Source: Thermoanaerobaculia bacterium (GTDB lineage: Bacteria > Acidobacteriota > Thermoanaerobaculia > UBA5066). From it: a stretch of 64,000 bases of DNA. The translations under genes were made by a program, and so were the position numbers. The notes beneath the pieces were generated by a model that worked only from the letters and a program-made list of their open reading frames with translations, ran no database searches and was not told the origin of the DNA. Below are positions 1 to 10,646 of this stretch, piece after piece; the first letter of the stretch is position 1, and every line of letters begins with the position of its first letter. The stretch spans positions 579,791 to 643,790 of the forward strand of contig CAWFJJ010000028.1 of NCBI GenBank assembly GCA_963816185.1, in the 5' to 3' direction.

Positions 1-1959
1 CCGCTCGCGCCCGTGCGCCGGGACCGCTCGGAGAGGTCCGGAGCGTTCCGCCTCCGCACGAAGGCCGGCGACGCGACGGCCGACGAAGTCGTGTGCGCCA
101 ACGCGACCGACGTCGCGAGCTTCGTCCGACGGGCGGTCGATCACAAATGGCCCGTCGCGTCCGACGGTCCCGAGCGCGCCGCGCGATTCGGCGACTTCCT
201 CGTCCTGACGCGCACGCGCGACCACCTCGACGCCTACGCGCGCGCCTTCGAGGCGCTCGGCATTCCCGTGGACGTTTCGGGGAGCAGGGCGCTCCCGATC
301 TCGAAGGGCCTCGCCGAGCTGCGGCCCTTTCTCGCGGCCGTCCAGGATCCGGACGACGACGTCTCGGTCGTCGCGTTTCTTTCCGGCCCTCTCTCGGGAG
401 TCGACGACGACGCGCTCTACCGGTTCCACCGGGCGGGTGGACGTTTCTCCTACCTCGTCGATCCACCGCCGGGAACGGACCCGCGGATCGAACGTGGTCT
501 GGACCTCCTCGCGAAGGCCCGGAGGGACGTGAACGCGCATCCGGCGGGTGCGGCCCTCGGCCTCATCTGCGACAGGCTCGGCCTCGTTGCACGCCTCGCC
601 GCCGGGCCCGAGGGCCGGACTGCCAGCGGAAACCTCCTGAAAGTCCTGGCGCTCGCGAGGCGCCTCACGAGCGAAGGGCTTTCCTTCCGGGACGTCGTCG
701 AGCGGCTCGCGGAGGATGCGCCTTCGCTCGATCTCGAGGAGATGAGCGTCGAGCCAGTCGATGCCGACGCGGTCCGGCTGATGAACCTTCACCGGGCCAA
801 GGGTCTCGAGGCTCCCATCGTCGTTCTCGCCGAGCTCGGCTCCTGGAGGAAGGCGGAGCCGAAGCGTCACGTCGCGCGCGGGGCGGCGGGCTCTCGCGGC
901 TGGTTCACCGCGGGCTTCTGGATGCGACCCGAGGGCCGTGCGAATCAATGGGTCGTGACGGCGACGCCGCCCGACTGGGAGAACCGGCGGGCGGAAGAGG
1001 CGGCATTCGAGGAGGCCGAGAAGATACGTCTCCTCTACGTCGCCGCCACCCGGGCACGCGACACGCTCGTCGTGAGCCTTCGGGAGGACAAGCCGGAAGT
1101 CGGAACCTGGGCGCCGCTGAGGTCCGGCCTGAAGGAGCTTCCGGTCGCGGTCGCGGAGCCTCGGCGTCTCGCCCCGACGAAGACACCGTCGCTCGCGGCG
1201 GAGCTCGCCGGGGCGCGGAAGTCGATCGCGGAAGCGCGCCTCCGGGCAGCGGCCCCTTCGTACTCGGTCACCCCCGTCACGGCGCTCGCGAAAAGAGAAG
1301 GGCCTCGCGCGCCGGCGGCGGCCGAGAACGCTCGCGGCACCGCTTGGGGACGCGTCCTGCACCAGCTCCTCGAGACGGCGATGCGAACGCCCGGCATCGA
1401 GCTTCGTCCTGTTGCGGAGAACCTCCTCCGCGAGGAAGAGCTCGGGCCGGCGCTTCTCGACGAGGCGCTCCGCGTCGCCGAGTCGGTGACGTCTTCGCCG
1501 CTCTGGAAGCGCGCGCGAAACGCAAAGCGCCGCTTCGTCGAGGCGCCTTTCGCGATGATGGTCCCGTCGGCCGACCTCGGCGTCCCGGGCGGACCGGAGG
1601 AGACCCTCCTCAGGGGAGCGATCGACCTCGTCTTCGAAGAGGACGGCGTATGGCACATCGTGGACTGGAAGTCCGACGCCGTCGGCGACAACCTTCCCGC
1701 GCTCGTCGCGCACTACGCGCCGCAGATCGCGCACTATCGCAAGGCGTGGGAAGCGCTCACGAAACAGCGGGCGGTCGCTGGGCTCTATTTCATGGACAAC
1801 GGACACCTGGAATGGCTGGAAGACGAGGAAAGGAAGAACGAGGAGAAGGGAGAAGATTCTTTGAAAGGGGTTAGGGACACGCCGCCGCCTGAAACGAAGC
1901 CTCCCCAGGCGCCGAGCGGTCGGTTCAAACAAGGCTCTTTACCATTCGAAGAAGATTGA
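1..1959 (+). CDS. addA: AddA/UvrD-like helicase-nuclease, C-terminal part (5' end outside window)
   Basis: SF1 helicase motifs MNLHRAKGLE and RLLYVAATRARD, followed by a RecB-type nuclease domain (RGAIDLVF...IVDWKSD...Q..HY). Confidence 0.85.
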   Translation, partial: PLAPVRRDRSERSGAFRLRTKAGDATADEVVCANATDVASFVRRAVDHKWPVASDGPERAARFGDFLVLTRTRDHLDAYARAFEALGIPVDVSGSRALPISKGLAELRPFLAAVQDPDDDVSVVAFLSGPLSGVDDDALYRFHRAGGRFSYLVDPPPGTDPRIERGLDLLAKARRDVNAHPAGAALGLICDRLGLVARLAAGPEGRTASGNLLKVLALARRLTSEGLSFRDVVERLAEDAPSLDLEEMSVEPVDADAVRLMNLHRAKGLEAPIVVLAELGSWRKAEPKRHVARGAAGSRGWFTAGFWMRPEGRANQWVVTATPPDWENRRAEEAAFEEAEKIRLLYVAATRARDTLVVSLREDKPEVGTWAPLRSGLKELPVAVAEPRRLAPTKTPSLAAELAGARKSIAEARLRAAAPSYSVTPVTALAKREGPRAPAAAENARGTAWGRVLHQLLETAMRTPGIELRPVAENLLREEELGPALLDEALRVAESVTSSPLWKRARNAKRRFVEAPFAMMVPSADLGVPGGPEETLLRGAIDLVFEEDGVWHIVDWKSDAVGDNLPALVAHYAPQIAHYRKAWEALTKQRAVAGLYFMDNGHLEWLEDEERKNEEKGEDSLKGVRDTPPPETKPPQAPSGRFKQGSLPFEED

Positions 1960-2741
1960 AGAACGTCGCCCTCGCCCGCCGCTCACTCGACGCGCTTCTC
2001 GTCGCGCTCATGGCCTCGGGCCTCGCGGGCTGCGCGTCTTCGATGTGGGAAAGGACCGAGAAGATCTCTTCGAGTGGCTTCGAGGCGCGCCTGTACGTCC
2101 CCAAGGTCTGGGCGCCGCTCCTGCCCGGCTCGGCGTATCCGAACAAGCGCGTGCCCGTTCCGGCGAGGGGCCGCCCCTCCGTCGTCGTCGTCTGTCCGGT
2201 GTCGGGGAAGTGCCCGAAGAAGGAGCTCCTCGGGCCTCTCGCGGAGCGAGGGTTCGTCGTCCTGCTCTTCGAGAAGTCGCCGAAAGAGCCGCCGAGGGCG
2301 GATTTGCTTCGAACCCGCGCAGAGAGCAAGGACGCAGCAGTAGGCTGGCTCTTGATCTCGCCCACCGAGGATTTTCTTAGAAAGGGTATGGGGCCGGCAG
2401 GGGCGGCTCCCGCTGCCGTGGCGATTTTGCAGAGCCGCAGGTCCGATGCAGACGCGCTTCCCTCCCTTCCCTCCCCTTCTAAGAAAGTCTTCAGCGACGT
2501 TTCCCGCGGCGCCGACGTGGCCGCCCTGCCCGGGTCCCCCTCCCCCTCTTCCCGTTCTCAGAAACTCCTCGGCGGCGCCACCCGAAGAGTGCTGCTGGAG
2601 GCGCTGCTCGGGTCCGAAGCAAATGTTTCTTCCGACGGCGTGATCGTAAAGCTCTACGCCCCCGACGCCGCCGGACGCCTTCCCCGCGAGGCTTACCGCG
2701 ACGCCGCTGAGTGGCTGGCGGGCGAACTCGGGGCGCGTTGA
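1956..2741 (+). CDS. Hypothetical lipoprotein, possibly a degenerate alpha/beta-hydrolase fold
   Basis: Lipobox-like LAGC; RPSVVVV and LAERGFVVLLFE resemble dienelactone-hydrolase segments; no GxSxG; overlaps the addA stop. Confidence 0.55.
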   Translation: MKNVALARRSLDALLVALMASGLAGCASSMWERTEKISSSGFEARLYVPKVWAPLLPGSAYPNKRVPVPARGRPSVVVVCPVSGKCPKKELLGPLAERGFVVLLFEKSPKEPPRADLLRTRAESKDAAVGWLLISPTEDFLRKGMGPAGAAPAAVAILQSRRSDADALPSLPSPSKKVFSDVSRGADVAALPGSPSPSSRSQKLLGGATRRVLLEALLGSEANVSSDGVIVKLYAPDAAGRLPREAYRDAAEWLAGELGAR

Positions 2742-2775
2742 CTTCCGGAATCCCGAGCGATTTAGAATCCGTCGC

Positions 2776-5578
2776 ATGAGCATGAAAAACGAAGGCGCCG
2801 TCCGGGCAAAAGGGGTTCTTCACCCATGGCAGAGGAAGCTCTACGGGCTGCTCCTCCTTCCGCTCGGGCTCATGGCCGCGAACTCGATCTACCTCGTGTC
2901 GTTCACGAAGATCTCGTCGTTCTACATGGGGATGCTCCTCATGCACCTCGTTCTCGGGGTGCTCATCGCGATCCCGTTCCTCGTCTTCGCCTGCACGCAC
3001 GGCCCGCGAATGCTCGCGAACATCCGCAACCGGAAGGCGAAAGCGGCCGGCATCACGATCGTCGCCCTCGCGCTCATGTGCATCTCGACGGGCGTCTACA
3101 TGGCTCTCAAGGGCGCGACGCTCACGCACCGCCCCGTCTATATCGCGCACGTCTGCGCGATTCCGCTCGCCCTGACGGCCTTCATCCTTCACCGCCGCGC
3201 GGCCGTTCACAAGCTGCACTTCAAGCGTCTCTTCCAGTGGGGCGGGGCCGTGGCGGCGTTCCTCGCGGGAATGGCGGTTCTCCACAAGATGGAGAAGCCG
3301 CCACAGCGCATCGTGAACAAGAACGGCGACACGCAGTTCTTCCTCTCCTCGGCGGAGACGTTCGACCAGGGCCTGCTCGACGGAAAGAAGCTGGCCGCGA
3401 ACCAGTACTGCCAGGAATGTCACCCGGATTCCTACAAGCGCTGGGAGAAGTCCGCGCACCACTTCTCGTCCTTCAACAACCCCTTCTACCGCCGTGCTGT
3501 CGAGCTGGTGGCCGACCGCGTCGGCCGCGAGAAGACGAAGTGGTGCGCCGGCTGCCACGACCCCGTCGTTCTCTTCACGGGTCAGATGGGCAAGGCCACG
3601 ATGGCGTCCTTCTCGTACGACCAGTTCGAGGCGCAGCAGGGGCTCACCTGCATGTCGTGCCATTCGATCGCCGAGGTGAAGGACGTCCGCGGCAACGGCG
3701 GCTACGTCGTCGAGGAGAGCAAGCAGTACCCCTTCGCGTTCACGAAGAGCAAGGCTCTCAAGGAGGTCAACAAGCTCCTCATCCGGATGGAGCCCTCCCT
3801 CCACCGCCAGACTTTCATGAAGCCGTTCATGCGGACGCCGGAGTTCTGCGCGACGTGCCACAAGGTGGCCCTCCTCCCGCCGCTCAACGATTACCACTGG
3901 CTGCGCGGCCAGAACCACTACGACGCCTGGTTCGACTCCGGCGTCTCGGGCGTCGCCGTCCGCTCCTTCTACGACCCGCCGCAGACGAAGGCCTGCCGCG
4001 ACTGCCATCTGCCGCCGATCGAGTCGACGGAGTTCGGCAACCGCGACGGAAAGATCCACGACCACCTCTTCCCCGCCGCGAACACGGCGCTCCCGGCCAT
4101 CCGGAACGACCAGCAGACGATCGACGACATCCGGAAGAAGATCCTCGTCGGCTCGCTCTCGATCGACATCTTCGGCATCCGCCGCGGCAACGACCGTCGT
4201 CCCGCTCGGCCCCACGCTGCCCGCGCTGAGGCCGGGCGAGACCGTGGACGTCGAGGTCGTCGTCCGCACGCGCACGCTCGGCCACCCGTACACGAACGGC
4301 ACCGCGGACTAGAACGAGACGTGGGTGGAGTTCCACGCCGACGACGGCCCGCGCCGCGCTCTGATGGCGTCCGGCACGCTCGACGCGAACGGGCGCCTCG
4401 ACCCCGCGGCCGACAAGATCTCGCAGCTCGTCATCGCCCACGACGGCTCGGCCATGGACCGTCGCCAGCCGCAGGACATCCACGTCCCGCTCTTCAACAA
4501 CTTCATTCCGCCGGGCGCGGCCCGCGCCGTGCACTACCGCTTCACGGTCCCGAAGGACGCGAAGGGATCCGTGACCCTTTCGGCCGCTCTCGACTACCGG
4601 AAGTTCTCGCGCGACTATTCGATCTTCGTGGGCGGTCCGAACGCGCCCGAGCTCCCCGTCACGAAGATCTCGAGCGACAGCGTGACGCTCCCGGTCGCGC
4701 CGGCCCCCGAGGGGACGCTCGCGAAAGACGTCAAGCGCGGCAACCCCGACTGGCCCGAGAGGCAGTGGATCCGCTGGAACGACTACGGCATCGGCCTCTT
4801 CCTCCAGGGCGACCTGACGGGCGCCTCGTACGCCTTCGCGAAGGTGGCCGAGATCGCCACGGACAAGCCGGACGGCCCGCTCAACCTCGCGCGTGCGAAG
4901 CTGCAGGAGGGCGATCTCCCGGCCGCCAAGGCCGCGCTCGCGGAATCCGAGAAGCGACGGCCGAACTGGGGGAAGACGCAGATCTTCCGTGCGCTCGTCT
5001 CGAAGGAGGAGGGACGCCTCGACGACGCCCTCGCGGACCTTGGCCGCGTCCTCGCGAAGTTCCCGAAGGACCGGTTCGTCCTCAACCAGGAAGCGCGCGT
5101 CCTCTACCTCGCGGGCCGATACGCAGAGGCGCTGCCGTACATCGACCGCGTCCTCGCGATCGACGGCGAGGACCTCGCGGCGCACTACAACGCGATGCTG
5201 TGCCTGAAGGCGCTCGGCCGCGCCGAGGAAGCCGCCGCCGAGGAGAAGTGGTACCTCTATTTCAAGGATGACGAGGCGTCGCGCGCCGTGCTTGCCGATT
5301 ACCGAAGGGCGCATCCGTACGACAACCGCGAATCGCTTCCGGTTCACGTCCACGACGAGCCAACCCCGCCGAAGGCCGAGGAGCCGCCTTGGATCGCCGA
5401 AATCGGACCGAAGGGCTACGCATACAAGGGAGCCGTTCCGCCGAACGAGATGGTCCTGCGCGACGACCGGCCGCCGGGCGCCCCGCGCCCCTTCGCGAGG
5501 CCCGAGACGCCGAAGACGGCCAAGGGACGAGACGCGACCAAGGCCGTGCCGGTCGCCGCGATCCAGATTCCCGAGTGA
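2776..5578 (+). CDS. Membrane-anchored pentaheme cytochrome c with C-terminal TPR repeats (frameshift near 4195, in-frame TAG at 4310)
   Basis: About 5 N-terminal TM helices; CxxCH x5 (CQECH, CAGCH, CMSCH, CATCH, CRDCH); reading continues in the 4325..5578 frame with TPR-like helices. Confidence 0.8.
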
Positions 5579-5612
5579 ACGCGTCCGGAGGGCGCCGGAG
5601 TATCGTCGCAGC

Positions 5613-6110
5613 ATGCGCCGGACGCGCTTTTTCCTGCTGGGCCTCGTCCTCGTGTCTCTCGTCGAAGCGGCCCGCCAGTGGAATTCAGCTCCGGCGCGTG
5701 TCCCGTCCCATTTCGACTTTGCCGGGCACGCGAACGCCTGGGCCTCCCGTGACGAATTCTTCATGCTCCAGGTCGGCGTGACGCTTCTGATCGCGGCGCT
5801 CTTCATCGGGATCCCCGCGGTCCTGAAGTCCACTCCCGCGACTCTCATCAACCTTCCGAACAAGAGCTTCTGGCTCGCGCCTGAGCGACGCGAGGAGACG
5901 ATGGAGCGGCTCGCGTCGTCGTTCGACGTTTTCGCGTCCGCGACGGTGCTGCTCCTCATCGTCGTCTTCGAGCTGACGTCCCTGGCGAGCCGCGGCGGAG
6001 AACTCGCCACGAGCTACTTCCTGCCGGTGCTCGTGGCTTATCTCGTGTTCACGGCCGGCTGGACCATCGCGCTCATCCGGACGTTCGCGAGGGTCCCCGG
6101 CGGAGGGTAA
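5613..6110 (+). CDS. DUF1648/SdpI-like membrane protein
   Basis: PARVPSHFDFAGHANAW motif, INLPNK, 4 TM segments; ATG at 5613. Confidence 0.7.
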   Translation: MRRTRFFLLGLVLVSLVEAARQWNSAPARVPSHFDFAGHANAWASRDEFFMLQVGVTLLIAALFIGIPAVLKSTPATLINLPNKSFWLAPERREETMERLASSFDVFASATVLLLIVVFELTSLASRGGELATSYFLPVLVAYLVFTAGWTIALIRTFARVPGGG

Positions 6111-6122
6111 CCCGGCCGACTG

Positions 6123-8834
6123 CTAAATCCCGGCCTGCGGCTTGAGGTCGATCGTGCGCCGCGGCGAATAGTTCTTGAGGAAGCCGGCCACGCTCTCCTC
6201 CTGGGCGGCACGGAGAGCCGCCTTGAGCTGAATCTGCTCGAGCGTCTGCGCGAGGCGGCGCGGGCCGCCCGTGTAGCTCGGGGCCTTGTCCTTGAAGAAC
6301 GCCGCGACGTCCGCGCGGTGCGCCTCGTCGGAGAAGCCGGCCGCGAGCTGCGGGAAGCCGGCGGGCGACTCGCGCGGAAGCCGTGCGGCGAGCACGCTGA
6401 AGTTCGCCTTCAGGAAGGCCCAGACTCCCTCGCGCGTCGCGCGGTCGGAAGCCGCCTCGCGGAGCACGATGAGCGACTCACGCGCGTCGAAATCGGGCGA
6501 CAGAGTCAGGTTCAATGCGAGCCTCTGGACGGACGGGTCGCGGAAAGAGCCGAGGGCCGCGAGGAGGCGCCAGCGCTCGCGTCGGTCTTTCGAGGATTTC
6601 GCCGCGGCGAGGAAAGCCGTGAACAGCTCCGCGTCGCCGTGCCGGGCCGCCACCGTCAGCACCGTGGGGAGCATCTCCGGCTCGATCGCGGAGCGATCCG
6701 TGAGCCACTTTCTCGCGAGCGACGTCGCCTCGGAGACGAGAGCGGGATCGTCCGCGTCCTCCGCCACGAGACCGATCACGGCCGACCGCAGGAGCTTCGT
6801 GTCCTCGTTCTCCCCGGGCTTGGACCTGAACCCGAGGGTGTGCGCCCGCGCACCGAACGTATCGGCCACGAAGCGCCGGTAGTTCGGGCGCAGGTCGTCC
6901 GTCACGAAGAGATCCCGCGGCGACGCCGCGATGCGGACCACCGCCTCCACGACCTGCCGGTCCGGGTCGCCGGCGAGAGCGGGCACGAGAGCCAGCGCCG
7001 TCGCCATCGGCACGTCGCCCGTGCGCGCGAGAGCCGCCACGTCCGTGAGAACGCCGACGCGCTCGGCGGTCGAGAGGTGCTTGCCGGAATCGGCGAGGAC
7101 TTTTCCGAGCATGCTCCCCTTGTAGAGGACGCGGTAGTACCCCGTGGAAGCGGCATTCGCGACGACCCGCTCGGGGCAGGGTCCGGCAAGCGGGAGAGCT
7201 CCCTTCTCTCCCGTGAGCAGCGTGCAAGCGGGAGTCGCCCCGGCCTCGCCGGTCCGCGCGCAGACGGGAATCCGCCATGTCTCTTTGGCCGAGCCTGACG
7301 AACCGGTCGGCAGAAAGCGCTTCTGCGAAAGCAGAACGCGCGGCGGGTCTCCGGTGCAGGCCAGCTCGGCCGTCACGAGCGGGACGCCCGGCTGGTCGAG
7401 GAACGAGAAGAAAGCGGCATTGACCGCCGGGTCCTTGGCCGCCGAGGCGATCGATCCGACGAAGTCGGCCGCCGTCGCGTTGCCGTATGCGTGGGCCTTC
7501 AGGTAATCGTGTACGCCCCTCCGGAAAGTCTCCTCGCCGACCCACGCCTCGAACATGTCGAGGACCGCGCTGCCTTTCTGGTACGTGATGCCGTCGAACG
7601 CGTTCTCGATGTCGTCGTTCGATTCGATGGGCTGGCGGATGCGCCGGGCCGCCACGAGCGAATCCAGGTCCATCGCCAACGAGCGCGATCCCACGCGCGC
7701 CACGCGCGAGCCCCAATCGGGCTTCCAGGCGTCGATGATCTTGCTTCCCATCCACGTTGCGAACGATTCGTTCAGCCACACGTCGTTCCACCAGGCCATC
7801 GTCACGAGGTCGCCGAACCACTGATGTGCGGTCTCGTGGGCGCAGACGGACGCGTATTGCCGGCGGAAGCGGATCGTTTCGTCGGCCGGCTTGGAGAGGA
7901 TGTAATTCGAGGCGTACGTGACGAGGCCGGGGTTCTCCATCGCGCCGAACCCGACCGTCTGGGGAATCACGAGATGATCGAGCTTCTCGTACGGGTACGG
8001 GGTGTCGAAGTAGTTTTCGAGCAGCTCGAGGATTCGTCCCGTGGACGCGGCGGCCCAGCGCGCGTCGGCTCCCCGGCCCCTCGGGACGATCATCCGGATG
8101 GGCACGCGCTTCCGGCCGGCGGTGCCCGCGGGCACGATGTCGAACGGGCCGACCCCCAGGGCGATCAGATAGCTCGGAAGCGGCTTCGTCGGCTCGAAGA
8201 CCACCTTCTTCATGCCGCCGGCCTCGTTCGTCTCGGAGAGGACCGGCGTGTTCGACACGGCGACGAGGCTCTTCGGAACATGCAGCGTGAGCTGCCACGG
8301 GACCTTGAACCCCGGCTCGTCGAAGCACGGGAACGCCTGCCGCGCGAAGATCGATTCGAACTGGCTGAAGACGTACCAGTCGTCTCCCTCCCGCTGCCGG
8401 AAGAGGCCATGGGTGTCTTTGAGCTCGACGCGGCCCTTGTAGGCAAGCGTCACGACATATTCGCCCGGTGGAAGAATTCTTTGGAAATGAATACGGACGA
8501 AGTCCATTCCCGCGGCCGACGCCTCCGCCGGGACCCTGTCTCTCGGTCCGCCCACCGCGACCGCCGACGCCGACTCGACCGTGAGCTCCTTCCCGTTCAG
8601 CCACAGCGTGTCGGATTCCCCTTTCAAGGAAATCCGAATCTCCGTCCTTCCCCGGAACGTGTCCTTCGACGGATCGATCCAGAGCTCCGCCGCGTAGCCG
8701 AGCGGCGCGGCCCCCGCGGGCAGGCGCAGCTTCGGCGCCTCTGGCGGCGCGGGCGATTCAGCCGCGGAAACGGACGCCGTGAAGACGGATAGAAGGACTG
8801 CAGCGAAAGAAAGGGTGTGGACCGCTCGCTTCAT
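6123..8834 (-). CDS. M1 family zinc aminopeptidase with signal peptide
   Basis: GAMEN and HETAHQWFG...WLNE (HExxH-x18-E) motifs; ERAP1-like C-terminal region. Confidence 0.93.
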   Translation of the reverse strand: MKRAVHTLSFAAVLLSVFTASVSAAESPAPPEAPKLRLPAGAAPLGYAAELWIDPSKDTFRGRTEIRISLKGESDTLWLNGKELTVESASAVAVGGPRDRVPAEASAAGMDFVRIHFQRILPPGEYVVTLAYKGRVELKDTHGLFRQREGDDWYVFSQFESIFARQAFPCFDEPGFKVPWQLTLHVPKSLVAVSNTPVLSETNEAGGMKKVVFEPTKPLPSYLIALGVGPFDIVPAGTAGRKRVPIRMIVPRGRGADARWAAASTGRILELLENYFDTPYPYEKLDHLVIPQTVGFGAMENPGLVTYASNYILSKPADETIRFRRQYASVCAHETAHQWFGDLVTMAWWNDVWLNESFATWMGSKIIDAWKPDWGSRVARVGSRSLAMDLDSLVAARRIRQPIESNDDIENAFDGITYQKGSAVLDMFEAWVGEETFRRGVHDYLKAHAYGNATAADFVGSIASAAKDPAVNAAFFSFLDQPGVPLVTAELACTGDPPRVLLSQKRFLPTGSSGSAKETWRIPVCARTGEAGATPACTLLTGEKGALPLAGPCPERVVANAASTGYYRVLYKGSMLGKVLADSGKHLSTAERVGVLTDVAALARTGDVPMATALALVPALAGDPDRQVVEAVVRIAASPRDLFVTDDLRPNYRRFVADTFGARAHTLGFRSKPGENEDTKLLRSAVIGLVAEDADDPALVSEATSLARKWLTDRSAIEPEMLPTVLTVAARHGDAELFTAFLAAAKSSKDRRERWRLLAALGSFRDPSVQRLALNLTLSPDFDARESLIVLREAASDRATREGVWAFLKANFSVLAARLPRESPAGFPQLAAGFSDEAHRADVAAFFKDKAPSYTGGPRRLAQTLEQIQLKAALRAAQEESVAGFLKNYSPRRTIDLKPQAGI

Positions 8835-8891
8835 GTTACGGACTTTACGATGGTTTCCCGCCGCGCCCGCTGCGATAACATTTCCCCCCTC

Positions 8892-10643
8892 ATGACCATT
8901 CTAAGAAATCTCTCTCTTCTTCTCGCATTCGCGTTCGCCACCGCGGCCTGCCGGAAACCCGAGACGAAACCCGTCTCCCCCACTCCGGCTCCCGAGCCCA
9001 CGCGCGTCTCCTCTTCGATCCGGTTCGAGGACGTGACCAAAGCCTCGGGCGTGGCGTTCACGCACGTGAACGGCGCCGCCGGAAAGAAGTGGATGCCCGA
9101 GACGATGGGCTCGGGCGTGGCCGCATTCGACGCCGACGGCGACGGCCGCATCGACCTTCTCTTCGTGAACGGCCGCTACTGGCCGGGCGATCCCCGCGGC
9201 GCCGCGGGACAGCCAACGCTCGCGTTCTACCGCAACGTCACGGAGAGAGGCGGTGCGATCCGCTTCGAGGACCGCACGAAGGAGAGCGGGCTCGCGGTCT
9301 CTCTCTTCGGCATGGGCGTCGCCGTCGGCGACGTGAACGACGACGGGTTTCCCGACGTCGTGATCACCGGTCTCGACGACATCCGCCTGTTCCTGAACGA
9401 CGGAAAAGGCCGCTTCCGCGACGCGACGAAAGGCTCCGGCCTCGTCGGCTCGGGCTGGGGCACGTCGGCGGCGTTCGCGGACTTCGACGGCGACGGCGTC
9501 CTCGACCTTTTCGTCGGCCAGTACGTCAACTGGACGCCGAAGACGGACATGTACTGCTCGCTGGACGGGAAGACGAAGTCCTACTGCACGCCCGAGCGCT
9601 ATCCCGGCACGCCCTCGCGGCTCTACAAGGGCCTCGGCGGCGGGAAGTTCAAGGAGATTACGAAGGAGGCCGGCCTCGTGAACCCGCTCGGCAAGGCGCT
9701 CGGCGTCGCGGTGCGCGACGTCGACGGCGACGGCCGCATCGACATCGTCGTCGCGAACGACACCTCTCCGAATAATCTCTGCCGGAACGAGAAGACCGTG
9801 AACGGCATCCCGGTGTTCCGGGACATCGCCGTCGAGGCCGGCATCGCCGTCGGAGAGGACGGCCGCGCGCGCGGGGCGATGGGCGCCGCGTTCGGCGACA
9901 CGAAGAACGACGGCGGAGTCTCGCTCGTGATCGGCAACTTTTCGAACGAGATGTGGTCCGTCTGGAGCGCCGGGCCGAAAGGCGACTTCTTCGTGGACGA
10001 GTCCGTGCAAAGCGGCATCGGCCGGACCTCCCTTCTGCCGCTCACATTCGGCGTCGCGTTCGCCGACTTCGACCTCGACGGCGTGCTCGATCTCGTGGGG
10101 GTTAACGGACACGTGGAGACCTCCGTCCAGGACGTCCAGCCGACCGTGACGTATCGGCAGCCTCCGCTCCTCTTCCGTGGGCTCGGCGCCGGCCGGTTCG
10201 CCGACGTGTCGTCTCAGGTCGGCGCGAGCTTTCTCGTCCCGATCGTCGGGCGCGGCCTGGCCGTGGCCGACCTCGACGGCGACGGACGGCCCGACCTCGT
10301 CGTGACCGAGAACGGAGGCCCCGCGCACATCTTCCGAAACGTCACCGAGACGCCCGCGCACTCCGTGAGGCTCCAGCTCGCGACGAAGACGAAGAATCGC
10401 GGCGCCCTCGGAGCCCGCGTGACGTGCTCGATCGGCGGCAAGACGCGCGTGGACGAGGTGTCGGGCGGCGACGGCTATCTCTCCGTCAACGACCGGACAA
10501 TAACGCTCGGCCTCGGCTCGGCTGCGACGCTCGACGCGGTCGACGTCCGATGGCCGGACGGCACGACGGCCTCCGAAAAGGGCCTCGCGCCGGGCCTCTA
10601 CCGGTGGGTCGAAGGGGAATCCCCGGCGGCGGTGAAACGCTAG
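8892..10643 (+). CDS. CRTAC1/ASPIC-UnbV family FG-GAP repeat lipoprotein
   Basis: Repeated DxDGDGxxD motifs; C-terminal GARV...GLG...VRWPDG; lipobox TAAC. Confidence 0.88.
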   Translation: MTILRNLSLLLAFAFATAACRKPETKPVSPTPAPEPTRVSSSIRFEDVTKASGVAFTHVNGAAGKKWMPETMGSGVAAFDADGDGRIDLLFVNGRYWPGDPRGAAGQPTLAFYRNVTERGGAIRFEDRTKESGLAVSLFGMGVAVGDVNDDGFPDVVITGLDDIRLFLNDGKGRFRDATKGSGLVGSGWGTSAAFADFDGDGVLDLFVGQYVNWTPKTDMYCSLDGKTKSYCTPERYPGTPSRLYKGLGGGKFKEITKEAGLVNPLGKALGVAVRDVDGDGRIDIVVANDTSPNNLCRNEKTVNGIPVFRDIAVEAGIAVGEDGRARGAMGAAFGDTKNDGGVSLVIGNFSNEMWSVWSAGPKGDFFVDESVQSGIGRTSLLPLTFGVAFADFDLDGVLDLVGVNGHVETSVQDVQPTVTYRQPPLLFRGLGAGRFADVSSQVGASFLVPIVGRGLAVADLDGDGRPDLVVTENGGPAHIFRNVTETPAHSVRLQLATKTKNRGALGARVTCSIGGKTRVDEVSGGDGYLSVNDRTITLGLGSAATLDAVDVRWPDGTTASEKGLAPGLYRWVEGESPAAVKR

Positions 10644-10646
10644 CCG

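Noticed and set aside
4310-4312. Pyrrolysine recoding of the TAG
   Set aside because: No pyl genes in the window, and a single TCG-to-TAG change explains it
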